A DNA stretch of 64,000 nt from Fimbriosthenelais zetlandica (taxonomy: Eukaryota). The position numbers and the translations under genes are program-made. Under the pieces are notes generated by a model that did not search any database, was not told the DNA's origin, and saw only the letters and a list, made by a program, of their open reading frames with translations. Below are positions 39,201 to 51,276 of this stretch, piece by piece. Location: positions 17,608,001-17,672,000 of the forward strand of contig OZ365116.1 of NCBI GenBank assembly GCA_977030845.1. Reading direction: 5' to 3'. Numbering within the stretch: position 1 is the stretch's first letter; each line of letters begins with the position of its first letter.

Positions 39201-41694
39201 ATGTAGAGATTTGTTGAAAAGCATCTATTTAGCCCTTATAGAGACTAAACGCTTTGATCTTAAAATTACATGTCATATGTACCAGAAATGCCATATAGGC
39301 CTAATGTATAATCATACACCCCTGTACACCCTGAAGACCCATTTCACAATATTTATGTTAGATTTGCCTATAATTATGCCTGTGGGAATAATTATTTCGA
39401 TGCTCCTAATAAAAGCATCATGTGAGCCACAAAAATAGAGATCATGTGTTGTACAAATTATGTCACAAGAGGAGGCCAGTTACATGTATATCTGAGATGT
39501 AGAATATATGCCCCTGGCCTGGTAGTCTACAAGAACTGATATGGTGCGTCCCACCTAAATATATCGTGCCATTGTGTCAAAAGTACAGGAAAATTGTTTC
39601 TTCTTTTCATTATTTTTTTTACAATTCTTTCTTCAGGCGGCAGACGGAAAGGATGCTAAAGCTACCACAGAGGATGTGCCCACAAAATTAGAAGAGTATG
39701 ACAGCCCCGAAGATGTGAGTATAGATATGGCTTTAGTTTTCAAACATGCACAACTTGGCTTTGGATATCAGTACATTTCAGTAACTTAATTGTAAAGTTA
39801 ATTTATTATAATTAACATAATCATTTAAACAAAACATTGACAGTTCTTGAAACAGTTCCAAATGTATTTTTTTACATCCCAGAGGGCCAAAGCGAAAGAG
39901 AATTTCCTCCTGCGCTTCAGAGAAGGTTCTAAGGTGAGCACCAATGACCACGGGGCATAGCATATTATAATGCGGTGTACGCCTACTCTATCTAATCGTT
40001 TTATTGTACAAACTCCATATCATTCATTGTTGTTTCTCACGTGAACACCTGTTGAAATATTACAATATAAGCTCAATATTAAACGCCATCACTGGGTTGG
40101 GTGGTGTGAGACTTTGTTTGGATTGTGCCCTGTATCAATCACAAAGTCCCATATACCATATGGGAAAATCTGTATACATTTAGATGATGTGTTCCCAATA
40201 GTTTTATGTTTTATGTCTATTAATGAGATATACATGTTGCAGCTCCACGCCGTTGATTTCATACGGATCTGGAAGAACTATGACAAGGTATGATATAGCT
40301 ATAGTAGCAATAAATTCATCGATTTTGCCATATCCTTAAACAAAGTGACAAACTGCGAGAAGCCACCCCCAATATAGATACATTAATCAATTTATATCAT
40401 AATAATTCATTTCCAGGACAAGAGTGGATACTTAGATGGAAAGGAACTGAGGAAATTCTTTCATGATCTTTTAGAGTCCAGGGGCGAGGTATGTTTTATA
40501 CAGTCTGGCCTTCATTTGCCACCATCAAATTACCCGCCTACAAATCATCTACCCACAAGCTTTTGTGTATTAATAAAATTGTTTACATTTCAGAAACATG
40601 ATAAAAAGACAACCTCAGATTATCTAAAGATCCTTATGAGCACATTTGATTATAACAAAGACGGAAAACTGGAGATCAATGAACTTGCACAGTGAGTGTC
40701 CTATTATTTATCTTATAAATAATACAGTATAATATAGATATAATAATGACCTTCAGTGTCTCATGCGCAATATACACTATGTTTTTTAGATTACTTCCCT
40801 TGGAAAGAAACTTTTTGGGGAAATTCCCTTCACACGATAAGGTAAGTATCTCCATTTTGACATGAACATCTTTTTGCAATAATTCCCAAGAAGAACCTTC
40901 AGACAAAATAATAATTGTTACATCATCTTCACAAATTTAAGTAAATCAATCAATATTTATATTCTTTTTCAGTGTTCTAAAGATGAGTTTGCCAACGTTT
41001 TCGACCATTATGACAAGGTATTTTACCTTTTATGAACAATTATTGTCAGAAAATGCCAATTGATATACTGTAGGCCTATAAATAAACATGATTACTGATG
41101 ATTGCAGGACAAGAGTGGTTTTATAGGACACACTGAGCTCGTGGCTTTGTTGAGAGACATGTTCCAAAAAGAAGGACCAGTAAGTATCTACGGCAAAAGT
41201 TAATCACTATTGGTATATCTACAACAAACCTATTTTTGTCAACAGCTTTTCCACTCGCTTTCACTTTCTTTCACCAGCTTTCCATCCGCCAGCTTTCAGC
41301 AAAAAAAAAGATAAAATGCTAGAATATAAATTGACCACTAGTTTCTGCTTATGCTTTCCACAAAACAAAAATGGCACTCCTTGCTTCCAACTGTGTACAT
41401 TATATGCAGTTTCTTTGGAATCTCCTCAAATTTATTCACAAATTTCTGCATGGTCCCAATTCTTGATGTCACAAGTTGTTCACAAACATCCTGTATACGG
41501 AAGATGACAAGCTGTCTGGCGTTTGGATATATTAATCTTGTCTACCACCTGACCTTCTGGTTATGTTACAGCGGAAGATGCCAATGAATGACATGACCAG
41601 TTATGCAGATGGAGTCTTCGAAATTTTTGACACGAGTAAAGATGGTCGTCTCGCCAGAGATGAACTTGGCATGATACTGACAAAGAAAAAATAA
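33262..41694 (+). CDS. Calbindin/calretinin/secretagogin-like EF-hand protein with N-terminal myristoylation motif and acidic low-complexity arm, 387 aa, 11 exons
   Basis: Exons: 33262-33330, 35225-35683, 39637-39714, 39883-39933, 40243-40287, 40417-40488, 40594-40691, 40790-40841, 40973-41017, 41108-41179, 41572-41694; total 1164 nt in frame. EF loops: DKDKSGYLDGKE, DYNKDGKLEINE, DKDKSGFIGHTE, DTSKDGRLARDE. Family linkers: ENFLLRFR and LLPLERNFL. The EF-hand half is secure; joining the first three exons to it is inferred from phase 0 junctions. Confidence 0.85.
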
Positions 41695-42393
41695 TTGTAA
41701 ATAAATGATATTTGAATATACTATGGTGGCTGAAAGTGTTCCTTATGATATTGTAACCTCTTGTATAACTATTTGTTTTTACCTCGTGAACGGCTATGGC
41801 CTAACAAGGATTCACAATAGTCGGAGATATGTTTACCTTATGAAGAAGTGGCTGATTAAATGTTTAATTAAAGGACTGGAATTAGATAAAGCAATGCATA
41901 GTTCGGCCTATTGTTTGAGACTCACGAAAAGTTTTCTGTTTTCTGTTTTTACTGCTGATCAATGTATCCTATTGAAATATCCTTATCACACTGTAAAATG
42001 GATCTTGTATTCTCTGACTTGATTAAACTTTAAAGACAACGCTTTAGGTTTAATTGAATTTTCACTAATCGTCCGTGGTTCATAATCAGGCCTTACGGTA
42101 TGCGATTTTATGATCTGGTTTAGCCTAAACTTTAGGATTTACTAGGCCTAGTTACCTAGTAAATATAGGCCGAACCAGGTAGGCCTATACAACCAGCCTT
42201 ATTTATTCCTAAATTATAGGCCTATAGTCCAAAACCAACCTGTCCGTCAGAAACATAAAGCCACACGGAATATTTTATCTGGAGTACAGGTCTATAAGAT
42301 TAAGTACAAATACCTAAGATACACACAAATATTTATCATGAGGCCTACTCCTACTCATACTAGGCCTACATATATCGGCCTATCTGATCTTAC

Positions 42394-42880
42394 CTTGTCC
42401 TTGAAGTTTGGAAACACAACTTGGCGGATCGCCGTCAACGTTCAATCACCTGTCATCATGCTGTCAACGGCAGATAAACTACTAAGCATCATCTAATCAT
42501 TCCCAACAGGTCAATTTATCGCGATTGGCGTGAGACAACCAGGAAATACGCTCGTGTCAGCAAAACAAGAGCCAGATTTGCCTAGATATCCGGATAACGC
42601 GCGTACCTGCAGCATGGCCATGCTTGGTTTGTAAACAACGGCCTACTTCCGGTTGCTGCCCGCAGCTCCGACTCCGATCAAAACTATCTTCACTATAATT
42701 TCCATTCAGTATATTAAAAAAAAACCACAAAACAAAGCATTAGAAATTATGAAATATTTTTTTCCGGCCTCAATTTTCATATGGATCTCCTAATTCTATT
42801 TATGGGAGGGCATCGAGATCTCGTTTTGCTGCGGGAAATCGCGTGATCTTCGCCCAACGCTTGTTGACCGTTCTAGAAGG
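42394..42880. promoter_or_regulatory. CpG-rich, probably bidirectional promoter
   Basis: CpG-rich, with CCTACTTCCGGTT at 42642-42654. A plus-strand donor AAG|GTAAGT lies at 42880 and a minus-strand donor CAAG|GTAAGA at 42393. YY1-like GCCATTTT motifs occur near 43070 and 43270. Confidence 0.55.
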
Positions 42881-44598
42881 TAAGTTTATTTTTCATTTTT
42901 ACTCCACTCTTTATTAATACTCACATCTGTAGCAGTATTTCCTCAATATGCAGTAACACTATAAAACCAAGAAGACACAGATAGTAAAAATTTGTAGAAT
43001 TCTCCACTTTTTCCCTCATTTTTCGACTTTTCCCGCATCGTAAAATTGGTTAACACCCGTTATACCGCCGCCATTTTGATGCAGACTAACACGATCTTCG
43101 AGCAGGGAAATTGTTATCTACAATCATCCGCCCCAATCAAACATTATATGTCGATTATTTCACTCCCATCGAGAAGAATAAACATTTATCTTTCAAATTA
43201 TTACATTTTTGACACGCGATGAAGTCACGAAGTGATTAATATTTTGGTGGCTTTTGGTGTAAACAATGCGGCCATTTTCTTTAACAGGTGATTGGCATTG
43301 CCTGTATTATGATTTATGTTTCTACTTTTCTGATCTCTTTCGGAAGGTCAAAACTGTATTGTAGCCTATTTGTAGTGCCATGTAGGCCTATGTTTTGACT
43401 GAACTTAAAAACACTGGGAGAAATTAGAAATTAGTGTACCAAGATAAAGTAGCCTATAGGAGCCTATTTATTACCGGAATATTTATGGTTAAGTGTAAAT
43501 GGTATTGTTATGTGGTTTGTTTGGGGTTTCACGAATATGATCATTTCACGAATATGATCATGCCTTGATCATACCTAGATCTAGACCTGTATAATTATTA
43601 TTAGGCTAATTAATGATTCTAGGCCGAGGTTATGATGTAATCAATAATAAATAAATCAATCATTACTTTTTATCAATAATAAATCAATAATTAATTTTAA
43701 TTTTTATCAATCATTTTTGAGACCACAAATACATAATTCTCTTTTCAATTTTCCAGGCCTGGAATAACCTGCATGCTCTGAAAGCTTGCTGAATCATTTG
43801 GCGTCTGTGGCAACCACCTGTGTGATTCAGACGCCCTCTATCGGTACTAACAACCACTAGGCTTACCGGTACTGACTATTGTCAGTAGGTGTCACCCTTG
43901 GAGCCATCCACCATCGACGTTTAAATGTCAAAGTCAAACCATGTGAGTAGGCCTATGTTTTCATTTTGGTTTCATCTTGTGATATCTTTTTCGTTGTTGT
44001 AAATCTATATTTATTCAGGAGGTACAAGAATGAAACAAATCCCAATAACCACGTGTAATGACATAACATTAAGATGAAAAGAAAAATACAGAAAATTAAT
44101 ACAATGATATCCTACATGTTCAGTATAAGGTTTCGTCCTCCTCCAGAAGGAAAGAAGAAGAGAAAAAAAATATGAAAAAAATCTTCATGGCGAATCGGAA
44201 TGCCTTTATTTGATCAATGTAAACTCTTGATCACATCATGATGAATTAATGGTGATTTTTTTTGACAGTTAAACTAGATCTAGGCTTAAATGGAAGTGTC
44301 GTTCTTTAATTTTACCCAAGCTTCATTGTTTACATTAAAATTAGTAAATAATTAAATGGATTGGCAGCCCTGGATTGGCAGTAGGCCTACTGCTAAAATA
44401 AGCTATGAATAACTTGTGGTTCTCTATACATGAAGGGTTATTTGGTAACTGTTTCTATGGAATGAAATATTTGAATTTGTCAAAAGCAGAAGGAATACTG
44501 CACTCCGGTATTAGTAACCCATGTTAATTTTATAGGCCCTTCAATATAGGTGTTCAGTTCCAATACAATTTAATATGTATATAAAAACAAATGAAAGT

Positions 44599-45748
44599 TA
44601 GGAAGGTTCATATCCCCATAATACATATATTTAGTGGTACAATGTACTCCTATTATTGCTTAATAATATCTATTTACAAATTGAGTTCATTATAATTAGT
44701 TTGTTTGGCTACATGCGAGAGAGGTACCCGTAATTAGTTCATTCATTGTGAGTAATTTTAAAATTGAGATATTATAGAGATCAAAAGTAAATTCATTGTG
44801 ACTTGGTCAAATATGGTGACAAAACGGTTGTAAAGGTTTGCTAATAATATATTAAATGAAAACATGTACGTACATGACTTTATGAATGAATTTTAAACCT
44901 TTAATGGCTAATGATAGTCTAAGTACAGTACGTACCGGTACAAGTCGGTAAATGATCAGATTATTGGATTTAAAAAAAAATCAGATATTTGTCACAAGTA
45001 ACGTTAGGCACCGTGATGATACATTATAACAGAAAGATAGTTGAAAGTGTTGTTAAACAACCGTGTAATCACAATTTTTGTTTACATACGTCCATATGGA
45101 CTATGAGGTCTGCAGGTGGGATGAAGTACCGTACACGTATAGGATATAATATATATGAGTAAGTCGCGGTGAGGCAGCTAGGAAGGTTCATATCCAGATA
45201 ACACCTAATATTTCGTGATATTCTTTTTATTGCATAATAATAATTATAAGCCTATTATTTACAAATTGAGTTGATTATAATTAATTTGGCTACAGGCAAC
45301 AGAGGTAAACAGTTAATTCAGTGTGAGTAATTTTCAAATGGAGTGAGATTATAGAGGTCAAAAGTAAATTCATTGTGAGTCGGTCAAATATATTTATAAA
45401 TATATATGTGACATAATGGTTGTAAAGGTATGTTAAAACATTAAATTAAAAGAGGTACGTACATGAATTCATAAATTAATTTTTAACCTTTGATGGCTAA
45501 ACATAGCCTAATTACAGTATGTACCGGGTCGGTAAATGATCAGATTATTAGGGTTTTTTAAAATCAGATATTTGTCTCAAGTATGTACTGTGATGATACA
45601 TTATAACAGAAAGATTGTTGATAGTTTTGTTAAAGAACCGTGCAATAACAATTATTGTTTATATACGTTCATATGGACTATGAGGTCTGCAGGTGGGATG
45701 AAGTACACGTATAGGGCTTAATATATGAGTAAGTCGCGGTGAGGCAGC
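44599..45748. repeat. Tandem duplication of a ~575-bp AT-rich segment
   Basis: Unit TAGGAAGGTTCATATCC...GTCGCGGTGAGGCAGC at 44599-45178 and 45179-45748, diverged copies. Confidence 0.85.
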
Positions 45749-46903
45749 ACTGCAGAGGCCTTGTCCATAGCCCAGGCAAAATAGTAGAAATATGTATGCA
45801 ATAAATCCACACAAAATTAAAAGGTATAGGTATTTCTGAATTAGTATTAATCCTGTCAGTTATTATTTTGAACTTTAATGAATTTACTCGCACTCCTAGT
45901 CTATTTCATATACATGGCAACTAAATATATGTGGTTTTCACAATGAGATAAATAGCATGCAATAGGAAAGATAGCTATAATTTTTATTTTGGCCTAACCA
46001 TTTGAGTTCGAGTTGACTATCAATGCAATTGGACTGGGCCTGACCCCCAGAATTAATTACTGAAATGAAATAATTCAATCTAAATACAAAGCTTCTCCCA
46101 GCTTTATGTATTCAGGTGTGTGTAAGATAAAATATAAATAGATCTGTAAATGAATAAATGAAAGAATTAAGAAGCTTATCATCTGTCACTCCTGGTAAAT
46201 TAGGCCTATGATTTATTATCTTTTAAATTTAATTATGGGTTTCCTCTTTTTTAATATATAAATTGATGATACAAATTATTTATAGTGACAATAAATATAT
46301 GCCCTGAGCCCTTAGTATTTCATAGGGGGCCTATGTGGCGTTTCAAAAAAAGATTTTGCCATAATTGCCATTACTCTGTTTGGTGTTTAATGTTAAAGTA
46401 TCGTTTAATTTTGCCACTAGGGGGAAGCAGCGTTCCCGCCATGTGGACTGAGGCCTTGCTTACTATACGTCCCTCTCCCTTTACACTCGCGAGGTGAGTT
46501 TTAACATGAATTCTCTGATATTTCAGGTATGATATCAAATTAATTAATATTTATGTAAATAATAATCTGTATATTATGTGGTCTTCTAACTGTATATTAT
46601 ATTTTTGCTTGTTTTAATATTTAAGATGTAATTTAAAATATATTTTTATATCTTCTATTTCCCTTTTGGCTAGCTCTGACCGACAGCCCTCTCCCTGAAG
46701 GATGACAAGGTCAACGTCAATGTCACGTGAGGTCATGAGGTCATCACGGAGGTCAACACTCCAAGACCACTACTACTACTACTACTACTACTACTCCACT
46801 CAACACCACTCCACTCACCACTACTCCACTCACTATATACCTAAAAGCATTTCGCTCAATTCACTTTAAAAGAAAGCAATCTTTTTAATGAATTTAATTT
46901 CAG

Positions 46904-49900
46904 TGCCTTTCACTATCAAGGATTTGGTGATGACCCCGAAATGGTTGTTGAGAAGAAGGAGGAAGACGGAGTGTCAAAAATTCCAGGTATATATTGGGAA
47001 AAATTGTTTTGAGTATGATCTGATTTATACTAAATGTAGAATTTAATTTCAGTGCCTTTTACTATCAAGGATTTGGTGATGACCCCGAAATGGTTGTTGA
47101 GAAGAAGGAGGAAGACGTAGTGTCAAAAATTCCAGGCATATATGGGAAGAAATTGTTTCATCTGCTTTATACTAAATGTAGAATTTAATTTCAGTGCTTT
47201 TCACTATCTAGGATTTGATGATGACGCGAAATGGTTGCTGAGAAAAAGAGGAAGATGGAGAGTCAAAAATTCCAGGTATATATGGGAAAAAATTGTTTCA
47301 TCTGCTTTATACTAAATGTAGAATTAAATTTCAGTGCCTTTTACCATCAAGGATTTGGTGATGACCCCGAAATGGTTGTTGAGAAGCACGAGTAAGATGG
47401 ATGGAGTGTGAAAAATTGCAGGTATATATTGGGAAAAATTGTTTTGAATATGATCTGATTTATACTAAATGTAGAATTTAATTTCAGTGCCTTTCACTAT
47501 CAAGGATTTGGTGATGACGCCAAATGGTTGCTGAGAAAAGGAGGAAGATGGAGTGTCAAAAATTCCAGGTATATATGGGAAAAAATTGTTACATCTGCTT
47601 TATACTAAATGTAGAATTTAATTTCAGTGCTTTTCACTATCAAGGATTTGGTGATGACGCGAAATGGTTGCTGAGAAAAAGAGGAAGATGGAGTGTAAAA
47701 AATTCCAGGTATATATGGGAAAAAATTGTTTCATCTGCTTTATATTAAATGTAGAATTTAATTTCAGTGCCTTTTACCATCAAGGATTTGGTGATGACCC
47801 CGAAATGGTTGTTGAGAAGCACGAGGAAGATGGATGGAGTGTCAAAAATTGCAGGTATATATTGGGAAAAATTGTTTTGAGTATGATCTGATTTATACTA
47901 AATGTAGAATTTAATTTCAGTGCCTTTCACTATGAAGGATTTGGTGATGACGCGAAATGGTTGCTGAGAAAAGGAGGAAGATGGAGTGTCAAAAATTCCA
48001 GGTATATATGGGAAAAAATTGATTCATCTGCTTTATATTAAATGTAGAATTTAATTTCAGTGCTTTTCACTATCAAGGATTTGGTGATGACGCGAAATGG
48101 TTGCTGAGAAAAAGAGGAAGATGGGGTGTCAAAAATTCCAGGTATATATGGGAAAAAATTGTTTCATCTGCTTTATACTAAATGTAGAATTTAATTTCAG
48201 TGCCTTTCACTATCAAGGATTTGGTGATGACGCGAAATGGTTGCTGAGAAAAGGAGGAAGATGGAGTGTCAAAAATTCCAGGTATATATGGGAAAAAATT
48301 GATTCATCTGCTTTATATTAAATGTAGAATTTAATTTCAGTGCTTTTCACTATCAAGGATTTGGTGATGACGCGAAATGGTTGCTGAAAAGAAGAGGAAG
48401 ATGGAGTGTCAAAAATTCCAGGTATATATGGGAAAAAATTGTTTCATCTGCTTTATACTAAATGTAGAATTTAATTTCAGTGCCTTTTACCATCAAGGAT
48501 TTGGTGATGACCCCGAAATGGTTGTTGAGAAGCACGAGGAAGATGGATGGAGTGTGAAAAATTGCAGGTATATATTGGGAAAAATTGTTTTGAGTATGAT
48601 CTGATTTATACTAAATGTAGAATTTAATTTCAGTGCCTTTCCCTATCAAGGATTTGGTGATGACGCGAAATGGTTGCTGAGAAAAAGAGGAGGATGGAGT
48701 GTCAAGAATTCCAGGTATATATGGGAAAAAATTGTTTCATCTGCTTTATATTAAATGTAGAATTTAATTTCAGTGCTTTTCACTATCAAGGATTTGGTGA
48801 TGACGCGAAATGGTTGCTGAGAAAAAGAGGAAGATGGAATGTCAAAAATGCCAGGTATATATGGGAAAAAATTGTTTCATCTGCTTTATACTAAATGTAG
48901 AATTTAATTTCAGTGCCTTTCACTATCAAGGATTTGGTGATGACGCGAAATGGTTGCTGAGAAAAGGAGGAAGATGGAGTGTCAAAAATTCCAGGTATAT
49001 ATGGGAAAAAATTGATTCATCTGCTTTATATTAAATGTAGAATTTAATTTCAGTGCTTTTCACTATCAAGGATTTGGTGATGACGCGAAATGGTTGCTGA
49101 AAAGAAGAGGAAGATGGAGTGTCAAAAATTCCAGGTATATATGGGAAAAAATTGTTTCATCTGCTTTATACTAAATGTAGAATTTAATTTCAGTGCCTTT
49201 TACCATCAAGGATTTGGTGATGACCCCGAAATGGTTGTTGAGAAGCACGAGGAAGATGGATGGAGTGTGAAAAATTGCAGGTATATATTGGGAAAAATTG
49301 TTTTGAGTATGATCTGCCTTATACTAAATGTAGAATTTAATTTCAGTGCCTTTCACTATCAAGGATTTGGTGATGACGCGAAGTGGTTGCTGAGAAAAAG
49401 AGGAGGATGGAGTGTCAAGAATTCCAGGTATATATGGGAAAAAATTGTTTCATCTGCTTTATATTAAATGTAGAATTTAATTTTCAGTGCTTTTCACTAT
49501 CAAGGATTTGGTGATGACGCGAAATGGTTGCTGAGAAAAAGAGGAAGATGGAATGTCAAAAATGCCAGGTATATATGGGAAAAAATTGTTACATCTGCTT
49601 TATACTAAATGTAGAATTTAATTTCAGTGCCTTTCACTATCAAGGATTTGGTGATGACGCGAAAGGGTTGCTGAGAAAAGGAGGAAGATGGAGTGTCAAA
49701 AATTCCAGGTATATATGGGAAAAAATTGATTCATCTGCTTTATATTAAATGTAGAATTTAATTTCAGTGCTTTTCACTATCAAGGATTTGGTGATGACGC
49801 GAAATGGTTGCTGAGAAAAAGAGGAAGATGGAGTGTCAAAAATTCCAGGTATATATGGGAAAAAATTGTTTCATCTGCTTTATACTAAATGTTGAATTTA

Positions 49901-50442
49901 ATTTCAGTGCCTTTTACCATCAAGGATTTGGTGATGACCCCGAAATGGTTGTTGAGAAGCACGAGGAAGATGGATGGAGGAAGATGGAGTGTCAAAAATT
50001 CCAGGTATATATGGGAAAAAATTGATTCATCTGCTTTATATTAAATGTAGAATTTAATTTCAGTGCCTTTCACTATCAAGGATTTGGTGATGACCCCGAA
50101 ATGGTTGCTGAGAAAAAGGAGGAAGAAGATGGAGTTTCAAAATGCCAGGTATATATTGGGAAAAATTGTTTTGAGTATGATCTGCCTTATACTAAATGTA
50201 GAATTTAATTTCAGTGCCTTTCACTATCAAGGATTCGGTGATGACGCGAAGTGGTTGCTGAGAAAAAGAGGAGGATGGAGTGTCAAGAATTCCAGGTATA
50301 TATGGGAAAAAATTGTTTCATCTGCTTTATACTAAGTGTAGAATTTAATTTCAGTGCCTTTCACTATCAAGGATTTGGTGATGACGCGAAGTGGTTGCTG
50401 AGACGATTCAAGAGGAAGGGAGATGGATTTTCAGAATACCAG
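46904..50442 (+). repeat. Tandem array of 25 exon+intron units (81- or 87-nt exon plus 59- or 66-nt GT-AG intron) with a 713-bp higher-order repeat
   Basis: Each unit reads AATTTAATTTCAG|TGC(C/T)TTT...CAG|GTATATAT with a TA(C/T)TAAA branch-like motif. The acidic-type exons start at 47335, 47768, 48481, 49194 and 49908 (spacing 713, 713, 714 for the last four). Confidence 0.92.
47805..50090 (+). CDS. Putative spliced repetitive ORF, 439 aa (AFHYQGFGDDAKWLLRKRGRWSVKNS and AFYHQGFGDDPEMVVEKHEEDGWSVKNC repeats)
   Basis: From the ATG in unit 7 through units 8-22 to TGA in unit 23 = 1320 nt. Internal exons are phase 2-2 and stop-free. Coding status is unproven: flanking units carry frameshifts or a stop. 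Confidence 0.25.
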
Positions 50443-50829
50443 GTATATAATGGGACAAATTCTTTTCATTTTGATCTTTATATTAACTGTAAAATTTAAT
50501 TTCAGTGCCTCTCAAGCTTGATCTAGGACGTATATTGTCAGAAGCTTCGCTTGGATTTAGGGCAACCTCGAGTCCAGTAATGTGAGATGGTGTCCTCCTA
50601 CCTGGGGCAGAGTAGGAAATAAACATAGAGCTTGGACAATAATGGGTAAGTTTTCCAAGTGTTGAAACTTTGCTATGTTAAATTGTAAATTGTCAGATTA
50701 TTTAACTACGAGTTCAATCTTTTGCAGGATTGTGACGAGATAAAAGGAATTGAGCTATGTGTTTTCTACGTTTGATTGACTGTTTGTGTCAATTTCAAGT
50801 GACTTTGATGGGATAACTTTCCTCTGCGC

Positions 50830-51013
50830 CAGTCACAAACAGCGATAACCACGCCGGACAGTCACAAACAGCGATAACCATGCCGGTCCTGTGACCGGCT
50901 GAAGAGTATAGTTGTAGCAAGTTGTAGACGAAAGCGTGCTGCCATACCAGGAATCGAGCCCAGGACTTCTCACATTCGAAGCGAGTGTTCTAACCACTAT
51001 ACCATCCTGACTC
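50830..51013 (-). mobile_element. tRNA-derived SINE fragment
   Basis: Minus-strand head GGTATAGTGGTTAG...GGGCTCGATTCC (A and B boxes, about 50941-51013). The body ends in a 29-bp tandem duplication (50830-50887). Confidence 0.7.
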
Positions 51014-51276
51014 ACACTTTCTCATTGCTACCCAGATCACCACACAAGTAAGAGCATAGATGTGAAGGCACTCAAATTAGGGAGGTGGGTGGGGGTGCGA
51101 GGTCAGGATAAAAGTAGGCTATGTGGGCGGGTGGGTGGGTGGGTGGGAAAGCTTAGTATGGCCACCAAAGGAAATGAACATGGTCGAGTATAATACCAAT
51201 TAAAGTGAACTCTGCAGGGAGACAAAAATAGTAGTTTCTTACCATTTTTGATTGGTAAACAGTGTCGGGTATTAAC

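Noticed and set aside
46927-50400. GTGATGA...CTGA pairs in the array units as C/D boxes
   Set aside because: The boxes are only about 13 nt apart and lie in the exon-like part; there is no terminal stem.
46904-50442. Array as a CRISPR-like repeat-spacer locus
   Set aside because: Both alternating parts are repeated, so there are no unique spacers. There are no cas genes and the context is eukaryotic.
47524-50499. The many 74-125 aa ORFs (MVAEKK...) in the ORF track
   Set aside because: They read through the intron-like segments of the 140-bp unit and are artefacts of the repeat.
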